Virus record (IMG/VR): IMGVR_UViG_2571042346_000003 | Direction: 5' to 3' (one strand) | From: a virus | Length of the DNA stretch: 64,000 bases | In this document: positions 17,889 through 27,323 of the stretch, one piece after another | Numbering within the stretch: position 1 is the first letter of the stretch | Layout of the letters: each line of letters opens with the position of its first letter | Translations under genes and position numbers: made by a program | The notes under the pieces: model-generated | What the model was told of the DNA's origin: nothing | The model's input: only the letters and a program-made list of their open reading frames with translations | Database searches by the model: none

Positions 17889-18355
17889 GAGCGCACCTCC
17901 GACCAGTTGATGGAACGATCCACATATTCCTCGAGGACGATGTCCACCTCGGCGAGTTGCGGCAGCAGGTTGTCCCGGTCGAACAGGCCGAAGAAACGTG
18001 CCTTTACCTGCCGGACGATGCAGGTCACGCCAGGGTAGAGATCGCCGAAAATCAGCAGCACACGGTGCGGCGCGTTCTTGAGCATGGTTCCGGCGTGTTC
18101 CGGATATTGCAGCGAGCGGAGCCAGTCGACCTTCTGCTTCACCGGCCCCTTGAACAGCTCGACCTTAAAGGCGATCCGGCGCGGCTCCCCGGCGACGTAC
18201 TGGTAGCGCGGGTGGCTCATGCCGGGGATTTTGATCGTCGCGTAGTCGGTCGACTTTTCGTCGCTGATGGAGTTGGGGTTGTACTGGAATTCGAGCCGCT
18301 CCCCCGTGTCGGCGTCCACCAGATATCCCTTGATGGGCTGTTGATCCCAGGCCAT
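17885..18355 (-). CDS. Tube initiator (CIS tube N-terminal-like), 156 aa
   Basis: FQYNPNSISDEK...YQYVAGEPRRI..KVEL...PHRVLLIFG motif as in contractile injection system tube initiators. Confidence 0.75.
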   Translation of the reverse strand: MAWDQQPIKGYLVDADTGERLEFQYNPNSISDEKSTDYATIKIPGMSHPRYQYVAGEPRRIAFKVELFKGPVKQKVDWLRSLQYPEHAGTMLKNAPHRVLLIFGDLYPGVTCIVRQVKARFFGLFDRDNLLPQLAEVDIVLEEYVDRSINWSEVRS

Positions 18356-18358
18356 TGT

Positions 18359-18670
18359 TTACACCTCGGCGATCTCGATGATCGGCTTGCCCAGTTGCTC
18401 TGCATGGTCGAGTTCCTGCCGCATGCCGCTGGAAATGCCGTTGCCGGTGAACGCCCACACCTCGTCGCAACATTCCATGTAAGCCAGGCCGCAGGCGATG
18501 CCCGTCTCCCGCTGCTCGGAAATGCTGTCATCGGTAAAGGTTGGATACAGCAGGTGCGGCGCGAACGGCGCGTGACCGTTTCTCATGACCCGACGGCAAA
18601 GCGCCTCGGCTACCTTGACGTTTTGGGCTATGTCGCCCGCGAACGGGCTGCAGACAAAGATGCGTTTCAT
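18359..18670 (-). CDS. DUF4406-like/nucleoside deoxyribosyltransferase-fold protein, 103 aa
   Basis: IFVCSPFAGD...PFAPHLLY...CDEVW..G..ISSGM..E motif. Confidence 0.7.
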   Translation of the reverse strand: MKRIFVCSPFAGDIAQNVKVAEALCRRVMRNGHAPFAPHLLYPTFTDDSISEQRETGIACGLAYMECCDEVWAFTGNGISSGMRQELDHAEQLGKPIIEIAEV

Positions 18671-18678
18671 CGGTCCTC

Positions 18679-21600
18679 TCACAGGGTTTCGTAGTTTCTG
18701 ATCTTCCGTTCGCGAAGATCCTTGTAGACCGCCTCGGCCACCTTCCGGCCATCGATGTTGGTGGTCACGCTCAGTTCCACCGGGCGGTCGGCCAGACCAT
18801 CGAGGCGCGAGAGCAGCGATTCCAGAAGCTCGCGCAGACCCGGACCAACTTCCTCTCCCCGCATGGGTGTCGATGGAGCGGTGCGAGCCGGAGTAATCAA
18901 CCGTTCGGAAGGCACCGTCTCGGTGAGTCCCGATTGCAGTGGCTTCGCAATCGGAGTCGGCGCGGCCGTCTTGGGCCGTTCAATCCCGGCTGGAACTGGC
19001 GAAACACTTCCAATTTCCGGTGCCGGTTCCACGGCGAACGGCTGGATATAGCTCTTACTTACCGGCTCGACGGCCGCTGCGACGATCTGCACGGTACCGT
19101 TCATCGGTTGCGGGGGTGGCGCGGCCGTGGCCATGACCGGCTGGAGCATCAGCATGGCGCTCAGGGCCTTGGGCACCAGGCGCTCGTCCAGACGCGGCAC
19201 AAGACTGAGCACGCTTTCGATGATGCGTTGCCCAATCGATTCGTCGGGTGGCGCGGTTTTGAATGGTTGCTTCTGCTCGGCCACCTGCGGAATCGGGGTC
19301 TGGACTCCCAGCATGGCGCGAGCGGAGGAGAGCAAACCGTTGGCGATCCCGGCGCTGCGATCTTTGATCGCCTGAATGCCCGCGCTCGCGACGCTGGAAA
19401 GCCTCTGCCAGAGGGATTGCCCCTCGGTACCGGCACTGGCAAAGATTCGGCCCACAGCCCCGGGGACGGCCGACAGCGTGGCAACGATCCGGTCGCGGAG
19501 ATTGACGGCTCCCGTGGCCAGCGCGTCCCAGGTATTGGCTTGGGGCGGTTTGATCGCCAGCTCGGGCGTGTCGCCAAACAGGGATTGTTTGAGACCTCCG
19601 AAAATGGTACCAGCCTTGGCCGCGACGGTTTGAGCGCCGGAGGTCAACCCGTCCCAGAGTTTTCCGGCCATGCGGAAGGGAGCCGAGGCGGCGTCCATGA
19701 GGTTGCCGCCCGCCGTTTTGATCTGCTGCCACGCTCCCGCAGCGGCCGAGAGAATTCCGCGAGCGGCGAAGCCGAACACTTTCGCGGGCAGCGTCTGGGT
19801 AAGGCTCATGCCGTCGGCGAGGGTCTTGAGCAGCGCGGAACCGGAGGCGGTCAGGCTGGAGAGTGGTCCCTCGCGGGCATCGGAGAACGGCAGCAGATTG
19901 CGCAGCTTGCCCAGGGCGTTCTTGAGCATGGTGAAGGGATAGGTCACCGCCGACCAGATCCCTTCGCCAAGGGTGATCAGCAGCTTTTTGCCCGCCTCGA
20001 AGAAGGTGGTGTCCCCGGCGAAGAAGGAGCGCACGGTGGCAAACATCTCCCGCAGAGTGCTGATGATCGGCAGATTCAGAATCGCCTGGCCGATCTGTCC
20101 GGCGGCGTCGGCCACCAGGCGTCCGATGGAGGTGAAGATGCCGGAAATGAAATTCCAGACCCCGACCACCACATCCCGCGCCCAGCGGAACGGGGTGGCA
20201 AGAAAGTCGTAGACCGCGCCGCCAATGGCCTTGAGACCGTCCAGCAGGGAGATGTCGCCGGTCAGCACCTGCCAGACCGCATAGACGATCTTCCCGGCGG
20301 CCATAAATGCCTCGCCGATCATGCGCAAGGGCAACAGGAACTTGTAGATGAACTTGGTTGCTCCGACCAGGGACCCGACGATGACCTTGCCGACCCAGAC
20401 CACGCTGCGCACCACCACCGCCAGGGCTCGGACGATGAGCGACAGGTTCCAGGCCACGATCTTCAGCGCGAATGCCAGCCCCTGCAGAAGCACACCGGCG
20501 ACGGTGCCGATAACCGTGCCGAAGGTGCGCCAGGACGACCCGTCGGTGGCGCTGGCGGCAACGCCGAAGATCTCCACCACCGAAAAGACCGCGCTGGCCA
20601 GCGCCGCATAGGCACTCATCAGGGTGCGGACGGTGGGTTCGAGGATGGCGCGGATGCGGCCAAAGGCATGGGAGAACGCGGCCCACAATCCGGCCAGGGC
20701 CTCACGAACGCGGTAATAGGCTTTGAAGACGGTGACCACGAAGTCCATCAGTCCGGCGGATTCGAGCTTCTGGGCCAGTTCGGCCGACATCTGCCCGACG
20801 CCGCCGCTGAGCGAACCCACCAGCTCTCTGATCCCCCGGAACACCAGCGAGACCTTGTTCCAGGCACCGGTGATGATTTCCTGGATGCCGCCGAAGTTGG
20901 TTTCCCAGGCGCGTTTAAGCAGATACACCGAGAGGATCACGCCCGCGATGGTCGCGGTGACGGGCAGAAAATAGGTCGCGACCGCCGAACCCACCCCGGC
21001 GAGCGCGGCGCTGATGGCCACGAACCCGGCCTTGATGGCGGGAAGCATGAGTCCCACCATGCCTACGGCGGCGGTGACGGCTCCGGCCACGACCAGAATG
21101 GTGCCGAGGGCCATGGACAGTCCCAGGACCACCCGGGTCACGCCCGGCATCGATTTGGCCATGCGTTGCAGGAACAGAATGAAGCGGGAGACGCCGTTGA
21201 TCACCGGCGTGACCACCGGTAGCAGAGTGCGTCCCAGGATTTCGCTGAGGTTGGCCACCTGCTGGCGCAGGAGCAGGAACCGGGCTCCGATGTCCTGGTT
21301 CATGGCGTCGGCCATCTGTTCGGTGACCGCCGTGCCGGTTTTCATGGCTCGGCCCACCGACTGGATATTGCCTTCGAGGCTCTCCATGCCCGCCGACATC
21401 TGCAGCAGGAACTTGACCGCCTCGTCGGAGCCGAAGGCCTTCTTCAGCTTCACCTGGGCGGCGGCGTTGGAGAGATCGGGGAACTGGCGCTTGATCTCCT
21501 GCAGAATGGGAACCACGCCCTTGAGACGGCCGCTAGTGTCGGTGAAGGACAGCCCCAGCTCGTCACCGGCCTCGGCCGCCTTCATGATGAACGCCTTGTA

Positions 21601-22314
21601 CAGCGTGCCAGCCTCTGAGCCGGGCATGGTGGTCTGGAGCTGACCGAGCACGGCGAGCTGCTCGTTCAGGGGAATATTGCTCGCCGCCGCCACCGCGCCG
21701 ATGTTCTTGATGGCGTCGGCCATCTGGGTGCCGTTGGTCTTGAACGAGGCCACGGTCTGCGCCATGGCTCCGGAAAAGGCGGTCGCCCATTCCATGTCGT
21801 TCATGTCGGCCATGATGGGCTTGAAGATCCCGTAGGCCGTGGTGAAGGTGCCGACCATCTCCTGGGTGGTGGCCTTGGTCGCCTTGGCGGTCATGGCGGC
21901 CATGGAGGTGAAGACGCCCACCGCCTCGTCGCTGAGGTTGGACAGGGCCGATTTCACATCGTAGGTGGCAGTGATGAACGCCGCCTTGTCAGCACCGGAC
22001 CACTGGTTGGTGAAGGATTCTGCGGCGTCCTCGATGGCCCGGAGGTCCTGCACGCCGAGGGACGCCAGCTCGCCCAGAGCCTTCTGGGTCGCGGCGGTGG
22101 AGGCGACCAGGGCGGCGGGCACTGCCATCAGGGCCAGTCCCGCCCCGAGCATCATGGTGCCTTGCTGGATGCGGTCCAGGTTGCGGGTCATCCGCTCGCT
22201 GGCATCCGCCACGGTGGAATCGAGGTCCATCATGGAGCCACGGATGCGCTGCGCGTTCTGCGAGAACGCATCCTTCATCGATACCACTATGCCCAGTCCG
22301 AGATCGCCGTTCAT
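18679..22314 (-). CDS. Tail tape measure protein (TP901-like N-terminus), 1211 aa
   Basis: Long Ala/Gly-rich amphipathic protein with MPGSEAGT and central hydrophobic repeats, downstream of the tube and chaperone genes. Confidence 0.9.
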   Translation of the reverse strand: MNGDLGLGIVVSMKDAFSQNAQRIRGSMMDLDSTVADASERMTRNLDRIQQGTMMLGAGLALMAVPAALVASTAATQKALGELASLGVQDLRAIEDAAESFTNQWSGADKAAFITATYDVKSALSNLSDEAVGVFTSMAAMTAKATKATTQEMVGTFTTAYGIFKPIMADMNDMEWATAFSGAMAQTVASFKTNGTQMADAIKNIGAVAAASNIPLNEQLAVLGQLQTTMPGSEAGTLYKAFIMKAAEAGDELGLSFTDTSGRLKGVVPILQEIKRQFPDLSNAAAQVKLKKAFGSDEAVKFLLQMSAGMESLEGNIQSVGRAMKTGTAVTEQMADAMNQDIGARFLLLRQQVANLSEILGRTLLPVVTPVINGVSRFILFLQRMAKSMPGVTRVVLGLSMALGTILVVAGAVTAAVGMVGLMLPAIKAGFVAISAALAGVGSAVATYFLPVTATIAGVILSVYLLKRAWETNFGGIQEIITGAWNKVSLVFRGIRELVGSLSGGVGQMSAELAQKLESAGLMDFVVTVFKAYYRVREALAGLWAAFSHAFGRIRAILEPTVRTLMSAYAALASAVFSVVEIFGVAASATDGSSWRTFGTVIGTVAGVLLQGLAFALKIVAWNLSLIVRALAVVVRSVVWVGKVIVGSLVGATKFIYKFLLPLRMIGEAFMAAGKIVYAVWQVLTGDISLLDGLKAIGGAVYDFLATPFRWARDVVVGVWNFISGIFTSIGRLVADAAGQIGQAILNLPIISTLREMFATVRSFFAGDTTFFEAGKKLLITLGEGIWSAVTYPFTMLKNALGKLRNLLPFSDAREGPLSSLTASGSALLKTLADGMSLTQTLPAKVFGFAARGILSAAAGAWQQIKTAGGNLMDAASAPFRMAGKLWDGLTSGAQTVAAKAGTIFGGLKQSLFGDTPELAIKPPQANTWDALATGAVNLRDRIVATLSAVPGAVGRIFASAGTEGQSLWQRLSSVASAGIQAIKDRSAGIANGLLSSARAMLGVQTPIPQVAEQKQPFKTAPPDESIGQRIIESVLSLVPRLDERLVPKALSAMLMLQPVMATAAPPPQPMNGTVQIVAAAVEPVSKSYIQPFAVEPAPEIGSVSPVPAGIERPKTAAPTPIAKPLQSGLTETVPSERLITPARTAPSTPMRGEEVGPGLRELLESLLSRLDGLADRPVELSVTTNIDGRKVAEAVYKDLRERKIRNYETL

Positions 22315-22485
22315 CTATCGCCGTTCCGTTTGCTCACGTTCAAAATCAAGCTGCCGCTCGAGGGCCTCGACGAACTGACGCCGGACTCTGAGCGGCAGCG
22401 AGCGGGTTTCCGACCAGCCCCAGTGCAGTCCGCCGTAAGCGAGAAAGAATGCGTCGCTTACAAGCGAACTCCGGGGAACAAAAAA
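22315..22485 (-). CDS. -1 frameshift extension of the tail assembly chaperone (gpGT-like)
   Basis: The -1 frame reads FFVPRSSLVSDAFFLAYGGLHWGWSETRSLPLRVRRQFVEALERQLDFEREQTERR*, lacks its own start and RBS, and ends next to the TMP start. Confidence 0.75.
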   Translation of the reverse strand, partial: FFVPRSSLVSDAFFLAYGGLHWGWSETRSLPLRVRRQFVEALERQLDFEREQTERR

Positions 22486-23135
22486 GCCGGTTCTGCCTCC
22501 AGACGGGTGCGGATCTTGGTGCCGCAGCCATCGCATTCGGTTTCGACCGAGGTGTCGATTCCCGCGTCGACCCGCGACATCTCCTGTCGCAGCGCGTTGC
22601 GGTCACGCATCGACATTTCCGCCAGGCTCTTCTTGGAGGGAGCCTTGCCGTCGATGTCGAGGATACGGATGAGCATGGCCGAGCTGATGTTGGGCTCGCG
22701 CAGGCTGGCCAAACGTTTTTCCTTGTGGCCGTCGAGATATCCGAAGCGCACGGTTTTCTTCGAGCCGGGAAGCTTGAAGGCGAACTCGCGCTCCTCGCCG
22801 TAGGGGGTGACCTTGAGATCCTCGAGATTGATGGTCACGAAGTTGGTCATGCGGCAGGCGCTGTTCGGGCAGCTCAGCTCCAGCTCCACCTCGTCCCCCA
22901 GGGAAATCTGGCGCAGGCGGACCAGGGCGAACAGCCGGTCACCCGAGAGCAGGTTCATCACCTCGGAAAGATCGGGGGCGGTCTTCTCGCCCAGCCGGAC
23001 GAAACAGTTGCGGAGCACCTGGTTGATCGCCTCTCCGGAGCGGATCAGACGCTGGTTGGTGAGCAGTTCTTCCTCAGCCCCGGTCATTTCCCGGAGCTCG
23101 AGTTCAGTGCCGCTTGGCAGTTCAAAGCTGTACAT
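22458..23135 (-). CDS. Tail assembly chaperone (T4 gp26/gp51-like, with CxxxxC and CxxC), 225 aa
   Basis: ELREMTGAEEELL...DRLFAL..LR..S.G......CP..C pattern, located between tube and TMP. Confidence 0.75.
   Translation of the reverse strand: MYSFELPSGTELELREMTGAEEELLTNQRLIRSGEAINQVLRNCFVRLGEKTAPDLSEVMNLLSGDRLFALVRLRQISLGDEVELELSCPNSACRMTNFVTINLEDLKVTPYGEEREFAFKLPGSKKTVRFGYLDGHKEKRLASLREPNISSAMLIRILDIDGKAPSKKSLAEMSMRDRNALRQEMSRVDAGIDTSVETECDGCGTKIRTRLEAEPAFLFPGVRL
22479..22485 (-). promoter_or_regulatory. Slippery heptamer T TTT TTG (X XXY YYZ)
   Basis: In the chaperone reading frame GCT TTT TTG, 7 codons before the stop. Confidence 0.7.
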
Positions 23136-23150
23136 GGTCGATCCTCCGGT

Positions 23151-23612
23151 TTAGGTCCAGTATTGGAAGCAGATAGTGAGCTTCTCGATGGTGTTCTCGG
23201 TGTTCCCGCCCTCGAGCTCGTCGTATTCGAGCGCCTTCACCCAGGCCCCGTGCAGGGTCCAACGGCGGGTCTCGTTGCCGGTGCGGTCGTAACGGACAAC
23301 GTCGATGTCGCGCATGTAGTCGGCCGGAAGGCCGCCGGTGACGGCGTTCACGTCCACCTGTTTCTTGATCCATTCGCGGGCCGCCTCGTCGGAGCCGTCC
23401 TGCAGGTTGCCTTTCTCGAGGGTGATGTCCTCGAACTTGACCCGGCCCGCCACCTTCTGGTCGAACATCGAACCAGCCGGGGCAAAGGCCACTTCCTCGA
23501 ATTCGGTTTTGGGCTCCTGTCCCTTGTGGAACAGGGCCACGTCGAAGCCGTTTACCTCGATGGCGAACTGCCAGTTCTGGTAAAGGCTCTTGGGCATGTT
23601 TCCGCTTCTCAT
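23151..23612 (-). CDS. Tail tube protein (T4 gp19-like), 153 aa
   Basis: F.IEVNG...F...GRVKFEDITLEKG...W....AWVK motifs. Confidence 0.9.
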   Translation of the reverse strand: MRSGNMPKSLYQNWQFAIEVNGFDVALFHKGQEPKTEFEEVAFAPAGSMFDQKVAGRVKFEDITLEKGNLQDGSDEAAREWIKKQVDVNAVTGGLPADYMRDIDVVRYDRTGNETRRWTLHGAWVKALEYDELEGGNTENTIEKLTICFQYWT

Positions 23613-23627
23613 AGCCGTGTTCTCCCG

Positions 23628-25157
23628 TTAGATGATTTCTTTGAAGTCCGCGCCGGTGCTGGTCAGGATGAAGTTCAGCTCGATGAACTCCGCCGTCTTG
23701 GTCGGCTTGACGAACACGCGGGCCACCATTTCGTTGCGGTCGATGACCGCCGGGGTGTTGGTCTCCTCGTCGCACTGGAAAGCGAAGTCGTAGAGGCCAC
23801 CCTTGTCCTTGATGTCCTGCAGGAAGGGGTTGATCAGGCGACCGAGGGCACGCCAGGTCTGGGGATGGTTCGGCTCGAACACCACGAAGCGGGAGGATTC
23901 CGAGATGGCTTCCTCCATGTACATCATCAGGCGGCGCACGTTGATGCGGTCCACGGCCGAGGGCTGGCTTTGCAGTGTCTTCTGGCCCCAGATGTTGATG
24001 CCGGTGTCGGGGAACACGGCGATGACGTTGACCCCTTCCGGATAGAGCACATCGCGCTCGCCACGGCTGGTCTTGTAGGCCAGGGAGAGCGTGTTGAAGA
24101 TGCGGCCCCGGTCGATACCGGCGGGCGCGTTCCAGACGTTGGTCTTCTGGTCGCTGCGGGCGATGCAGCCCGCCACCGCGCCGCAGGGCGGCACCAGCTT
24201 CTTGCGCGAGTTGACCGGATCGCTGATCTCCAGCCAGGGGTAGTAGAGCGCCGCGTAGGAGGAGTTGAAGGCCGCGTGGCTGTACATCCCTTGTCCCTTG
24301 CGGAAGTCGACCGCTTCGAGCGGCTCCAGATGCATGGGCGTGTCGGCGATGAACAGCAGATCCTTGCGCCCTTCGGCATAGGCGATTCCGGCGTTGATTA
24401 CCGGCACTGTGGTGACGCCGGGAACCAGCAGCAGGTTCAGGGCGTCGATCTCGTCAAAGCCATAGAGGCCGGTATGCTGCGAGGGATCGCCGATGAAATC
24501 GGCATCGGCCAGGTCGGTCAGCCCGTTGTCGCCGCCGGTGAGCGTGAACACGCCCAATGCCGGACGGTCGCTGGGCGTTCCCGACGCTGCTGCCATATCC
24601 TGGACCAGGATGAAATCCGAACGGTCGTTGATTGCCAGCTCCACATGATTCGGCAGCGTCTCGTCCATGCTCAGATCCTTGAATACCTCGACCACATCGC
24701 CTTTATGCCGAACCACCAGGTTGAAATGGTTGGCTGGGTCAAGGGAGCCATCCTCGATGGAAACGGAGAGCCGGTCCCCCCAGACGCCTTCGTTCACGGC
24801 CTCGATCCGCAGGGCGTCGGCGGGCGTCGCCTCCCGGTTCTGCAGCACGATGGAAGATTTGAGCGCCGTCAGGGTGTCCCGGTCGGTGGAGTCGGTGAGA
24901 TGGGAGATGCGGGTGACGTAGAGGACCGATCCGCCGTTGTCGAAAAACGCCCGTGCGGCGTAGGCCAGATAGCTCTCGTTGATATAGGAGCCGAAACGGT
25001 TGATGAACTGCTCCCAGCTCGTCACCAGCACGGGCTTGTTGATCGGGCCTTTTTCGGCCACCCCGACCATGGCGGCCGACGAAGTCGAGATCTGCTTCAC
25101 ATAGAAACTGAAATCCGTTTCCCGGGTGTAAATCCCGGGCGATAGATAGGTCGGCAT
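23628..25157 (-). CDS. Tail sheath protein, 509 aa
   Basis: MPTYLSPGIY...VWNAPAG...RINVRRL...VVFEPN...VKPTKTAEFI canonical sheath motifs. Confidence 0.95.
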   Translation of the reverse strand: MPTYLSPGIYTRETDFSFYVKQISTSSAAMVGVAEKGPINKPVLVTSWEQFINRFGSYINESYLAYAARAFFDNGGSVLYVTRISHLTDSTDRDTLTALKSSIVLQNREATPADALRIEAVNEGVWGDRLSVSIEDGSLDPANHFNLVVRHKGDVVEVFKDLSMDETLPNHVELAINDRSDFILVQDMAAASGTPSDRPALGVFTLTGGDNGLTDLADADFIGDPSQHTGLYGFDEIDALNLLLVPGVTTVPVINAGIAYAEGRKDLLFIADTPMHLEPLEAVDFRKGQGMYSHAAFNSSYAALYYPWLEISDPVNSRKKLVPPCGAVAGCIARSDQKTNVWNAPAGIDRGRIFNTLSLAYKTSRGERDVLYPEGVNVIAVFPDTGINIWGQKTLQSQPSAVDRINVRRLMMYMEEAISESSRFVVFEPNHPQTWRALGRLINPFLQDIKDKGGLYDFAFQCDEETNTPAVIDRNEMVARVFVKPTKTAEFIELNFILTSTGADFKEII

Positions 25158-25159
25158 GG

Positions 25160-25417
25160 TTATTTCCTCCGCTTGCTGGTGGTCTTGGCCTCATCGGTTC
25201 CGGCGTCCTCGGTCGCCGTGGGCCTTTCCGGCTCCGGTTCCGCGCCGCCGGTCAGGTCGGTGATGCGCACCAGTCCGCGTTTTCCGGCGGTCTGGATCTC
25301 GGCGGAGAGGTCCTTGCGGGCGATGCTCTTGCGCTCTCGCGGTCCGAGGTGGAGGGTTCCCTGGCCGGAGAGGTTGAACGTCAGGGGTTGGAACTGCAGG
25401 TTTCTGATCTCGATCAC
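25160..25417 (-). CDS. Hypothetical protein, 85 aa
   Basis: GGAG RBS, tight packing. N-terminus resembles the ORF at 27310-27669. Confidence 0.6.
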   Translation of the reverse strand: MIEIRNLQFQPLTFNLSGQGTLHLGPRERKSIARKDLSAEIQTAGKRGLVRITDLTGGAEPEPERPTATEDAGTDEAKTTSKRRK

Positions 25418-25429
25418 GGTTGTTCTCCT

Positions 25430-25978
25430 TTACGGTTGAATGGTTCGTTGCTCTGTCACGTCGCCGTGAAACTGGAAGGTCCGGTCCCGGATCAGCCGAC
25501 CGTCGCGCAGGTCGCCGTCGTACACCGGGCAGGATTCGATGCGGATGCGTCCGGAGCTCTGCCGGAGATTGGAGAGGTTCACCCGGGTCAGACCGCCCAG
25601 AGGAACCAGTTCGGTGAGGTTCAGGCTGCCCTGGTCGGCGATGGCGATCTCCGGGTGAAGCTGGAGGAACCGCGATACCGACTCGTGAAACCCGAGCAGT
25701 TCGGCCTCCCGGTCCACGGTCACCACCAGGTCGAAATCGAGGTGATAGAGCCGGGGAAACCGGCACTCCTCGAAACTCAGCTCCGCGACATTCTTCTCGA
25801 ACAGGCGGCTCTGGCTGCGGCGGAAACGGTCTTCCGCCAGCTTCGGCCCCTGGAGGATGACGCTGGGGGTACGCTGGACCTCGAACAGGTCATCCGGGAA
25901 CACCAGCACGGTGTCCGGGTGGATGGCCTGCTTGGCCAGGCGGATCAGTGTTTCTGTGACGGTCTGTATCGTGCTCAA
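25430..25978 (-). CDS. Tail terminator/cap (Pvc16/DUF4255-like), 182 aa
   Basis: Position between neck and sheath, MSTIQTVTETL N-terminus, YHLDFDLVVT strand. Confidence 0.55.
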   Translation of the reverse strand: MSTIQTVTETLIRLAKQAIHPDTVLVFPDDLFEVQRTPSVILQGPKLAEDRFRRSQSRLFEKNVAELSFEECRFPRLYHLDFDLVVTVDREAELLGFHESVSRFLQLHPEIAIADQGSLNLTELVPLGGLTRVNLSNLRQSSGRIRIESCPVYDGDLRDGRLIRDRTFQFHGDVTEQRTIQP

Positions 25979-26002
25979 GGGACGCCTCCGTTTTCTGCCT
26001 GG

Positions 26003-26033
26003 TTACTTACCGGAAGCGCTGGCGATGTGTCGG
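26003..26033 (-). promoter_or_regulatory. Promoter motif CCGAC-N14-TCCGGTAAGTAA, copy 3
   Basis: Exact motif, about 25 bp upstream of the 25978 start. Confidence 0.75.
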
Positions 26034-26037
26034 AGGA

Positions 26038-26523
26038 TCAAAGCGCGGAGCGGATCGCCTCGCGATAGTTCTGGAGGATCTGTTCGCGGTACTTCTCCAT
26101 CACCGGATGCAGAAAGGGTCTTGCGGGGATGATGATGGTCGCGCCGTTCGGATGGTTGATGGTGGCCCCGTACTCCATGACGGCACCGATGTTCACCATG
26201 TCTTCCCCGTCCTTGTTGACGGTGCCGCGCAGCAGGCCGACGAACGCCTTGTCGGCCATGATCTTCTGGGTGATGGCGTTGACGAGAAAGCCGGTGTCGA
26301 TGAGCGCCTTGCTGGAGCCTTTGCGCTCGATGGTGCTTGCGGCGAGTTTCACGAAGGCCTGTCCGCCCGGGGCCTGCGAGCGAATCCCCCGCTGGATCTC
26401 GCGCACCAGAAAAAGGGCGTTGCGGATCGTGGCCTGACGCAGGGCCGTGGCCAGGCGCGGCCCCATGCCGGTGGTCAGCTTGGCGCGGGCCTTGTCCCAG
26501 TCACCGGTTCGCCTAACGCCCAT
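26038..26523 (-). CDS. Neck/virion morphogenesis protein (Mu gpG/HK97 gp10-like), 161 aa
   Basis: LAASTIERKG...LIDTGFL...EYG...IPARPFL motifs. Confidence 0.8.
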   Translation of the reverse strand: MGVRRTGDWDKARAKLTTGMGPRLATALRQATIRNALFLVREIQRGIRSQAPGGQAFVKLAASTIERKGSSKALIDTGFLVNAITQKIMADKAFVGLLRGTVNKDGEDMVNIGAVMEYGATINHPNGATIIIPARPFLHPVMEKYREQILQNYREAIRSAL

Positions 26524-26872
26524 TGAGCTTCACCAGTTGCAGGTTCTTATGGGTGACGGTGCCGAAGAAGTGTTCTTCTTCCACACTCTGTATGCGATAG
26601 GTTTCCCTGTCTGAGGCCAGGCGGTCTTCACCCCGGACATCGGCATCCGGAAGGACACAGGCAAGCGCGTCGATCTTGCCGCTCAGCTCCTCCGGCGGGG
26701 TTTCGTTCAGTTCGAGGGGGATGACGGAGATTTCCGTGTATTCGGCATCGTCGGTGCCGTAGAGCCGCTCGCCGGGAACCACGCGCAGGACGCGTGCTGT
26801 CTGGCCCGAGGAGAGGATCAGCCGGGCGACGTCGGCCACGGCTTCGGCGCGTTCCCGGTCATTCAACAACAT
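26513..26872 (-). CDS. Head-closure/head-tail joining protein, 119 aa
   Basis: Position in the neck cluster, DRL....ETYRIQSV beta pattern. Confidence 0.55.
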   Translation of the reverse strand: MLLNDRERAEAVADVARLILSSGQTARVLRVVPGERLYGTDDAEYTEISVIPLELNETPPEELSGKIDALACVLPDADVRGEDRLASDRETYRIQSVEEEHFFGTVTHKNLQLVKLNGR

Positions 26873-27323
26873 CGAGATCGATCCCTTGTTCGTAGATGAC
26901 CGGCGTAAGGCCGCTCGGGGTCAGGATGTAGGCTTCCTGATCGAGCTGGGTGTCCGGACGCAGCTCGGTGAGCCGCTGGCGGTAGTCGGCGAGCAGATCG
27001 GCCTCGAGCTTGGCCCAGTGGCCGGGCTGGCCGGTTTTGTCCACCCGCTTGTCGCCGCTGGAAAAGGAGAAGGCGTTGGCGGTGGCCGAACGCATGACCT
27101 GGCAGGCGTGGATCTGCGCCATGATCACCAAAAGCTCGCGGACCTCGCCGGTGGGATCGGGGGTAATCTCTCCGGCCGTAATCGTCAGCGATTGGTCGAG
27201 GTCACGGCTGACACGGAAAACGGCCTTCCGGACGCATCTCTCCAGAGTCTGGTCCTCGAAGAGAGATGCGCCCGGATCGGACAGGTCGAGCCGCAGGTCG
27301 GCGATCAGGTCACTCAGCAGCAC
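26859..27323 (-). CDS. Head-tail adaptor, 154 aa
   Basis: LIADLRLDLSD...FEDQTL helical adaptor pattern and position. Confidence 0.55.
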   Translation of the reverse strand: MLLSDLIADLRLDLSDPGASLFEDQTLERCVRKAVFRVSRDLDQSLTITAGEITPDPTGEVRELLVIMAQIHACQVMRSATANAFSFSSGDKRVDKTGQPGHWAKLEADLLADYRQRLTELRPDTQLDQEAYILTPSGLTPVIYEQGIDLDVVE

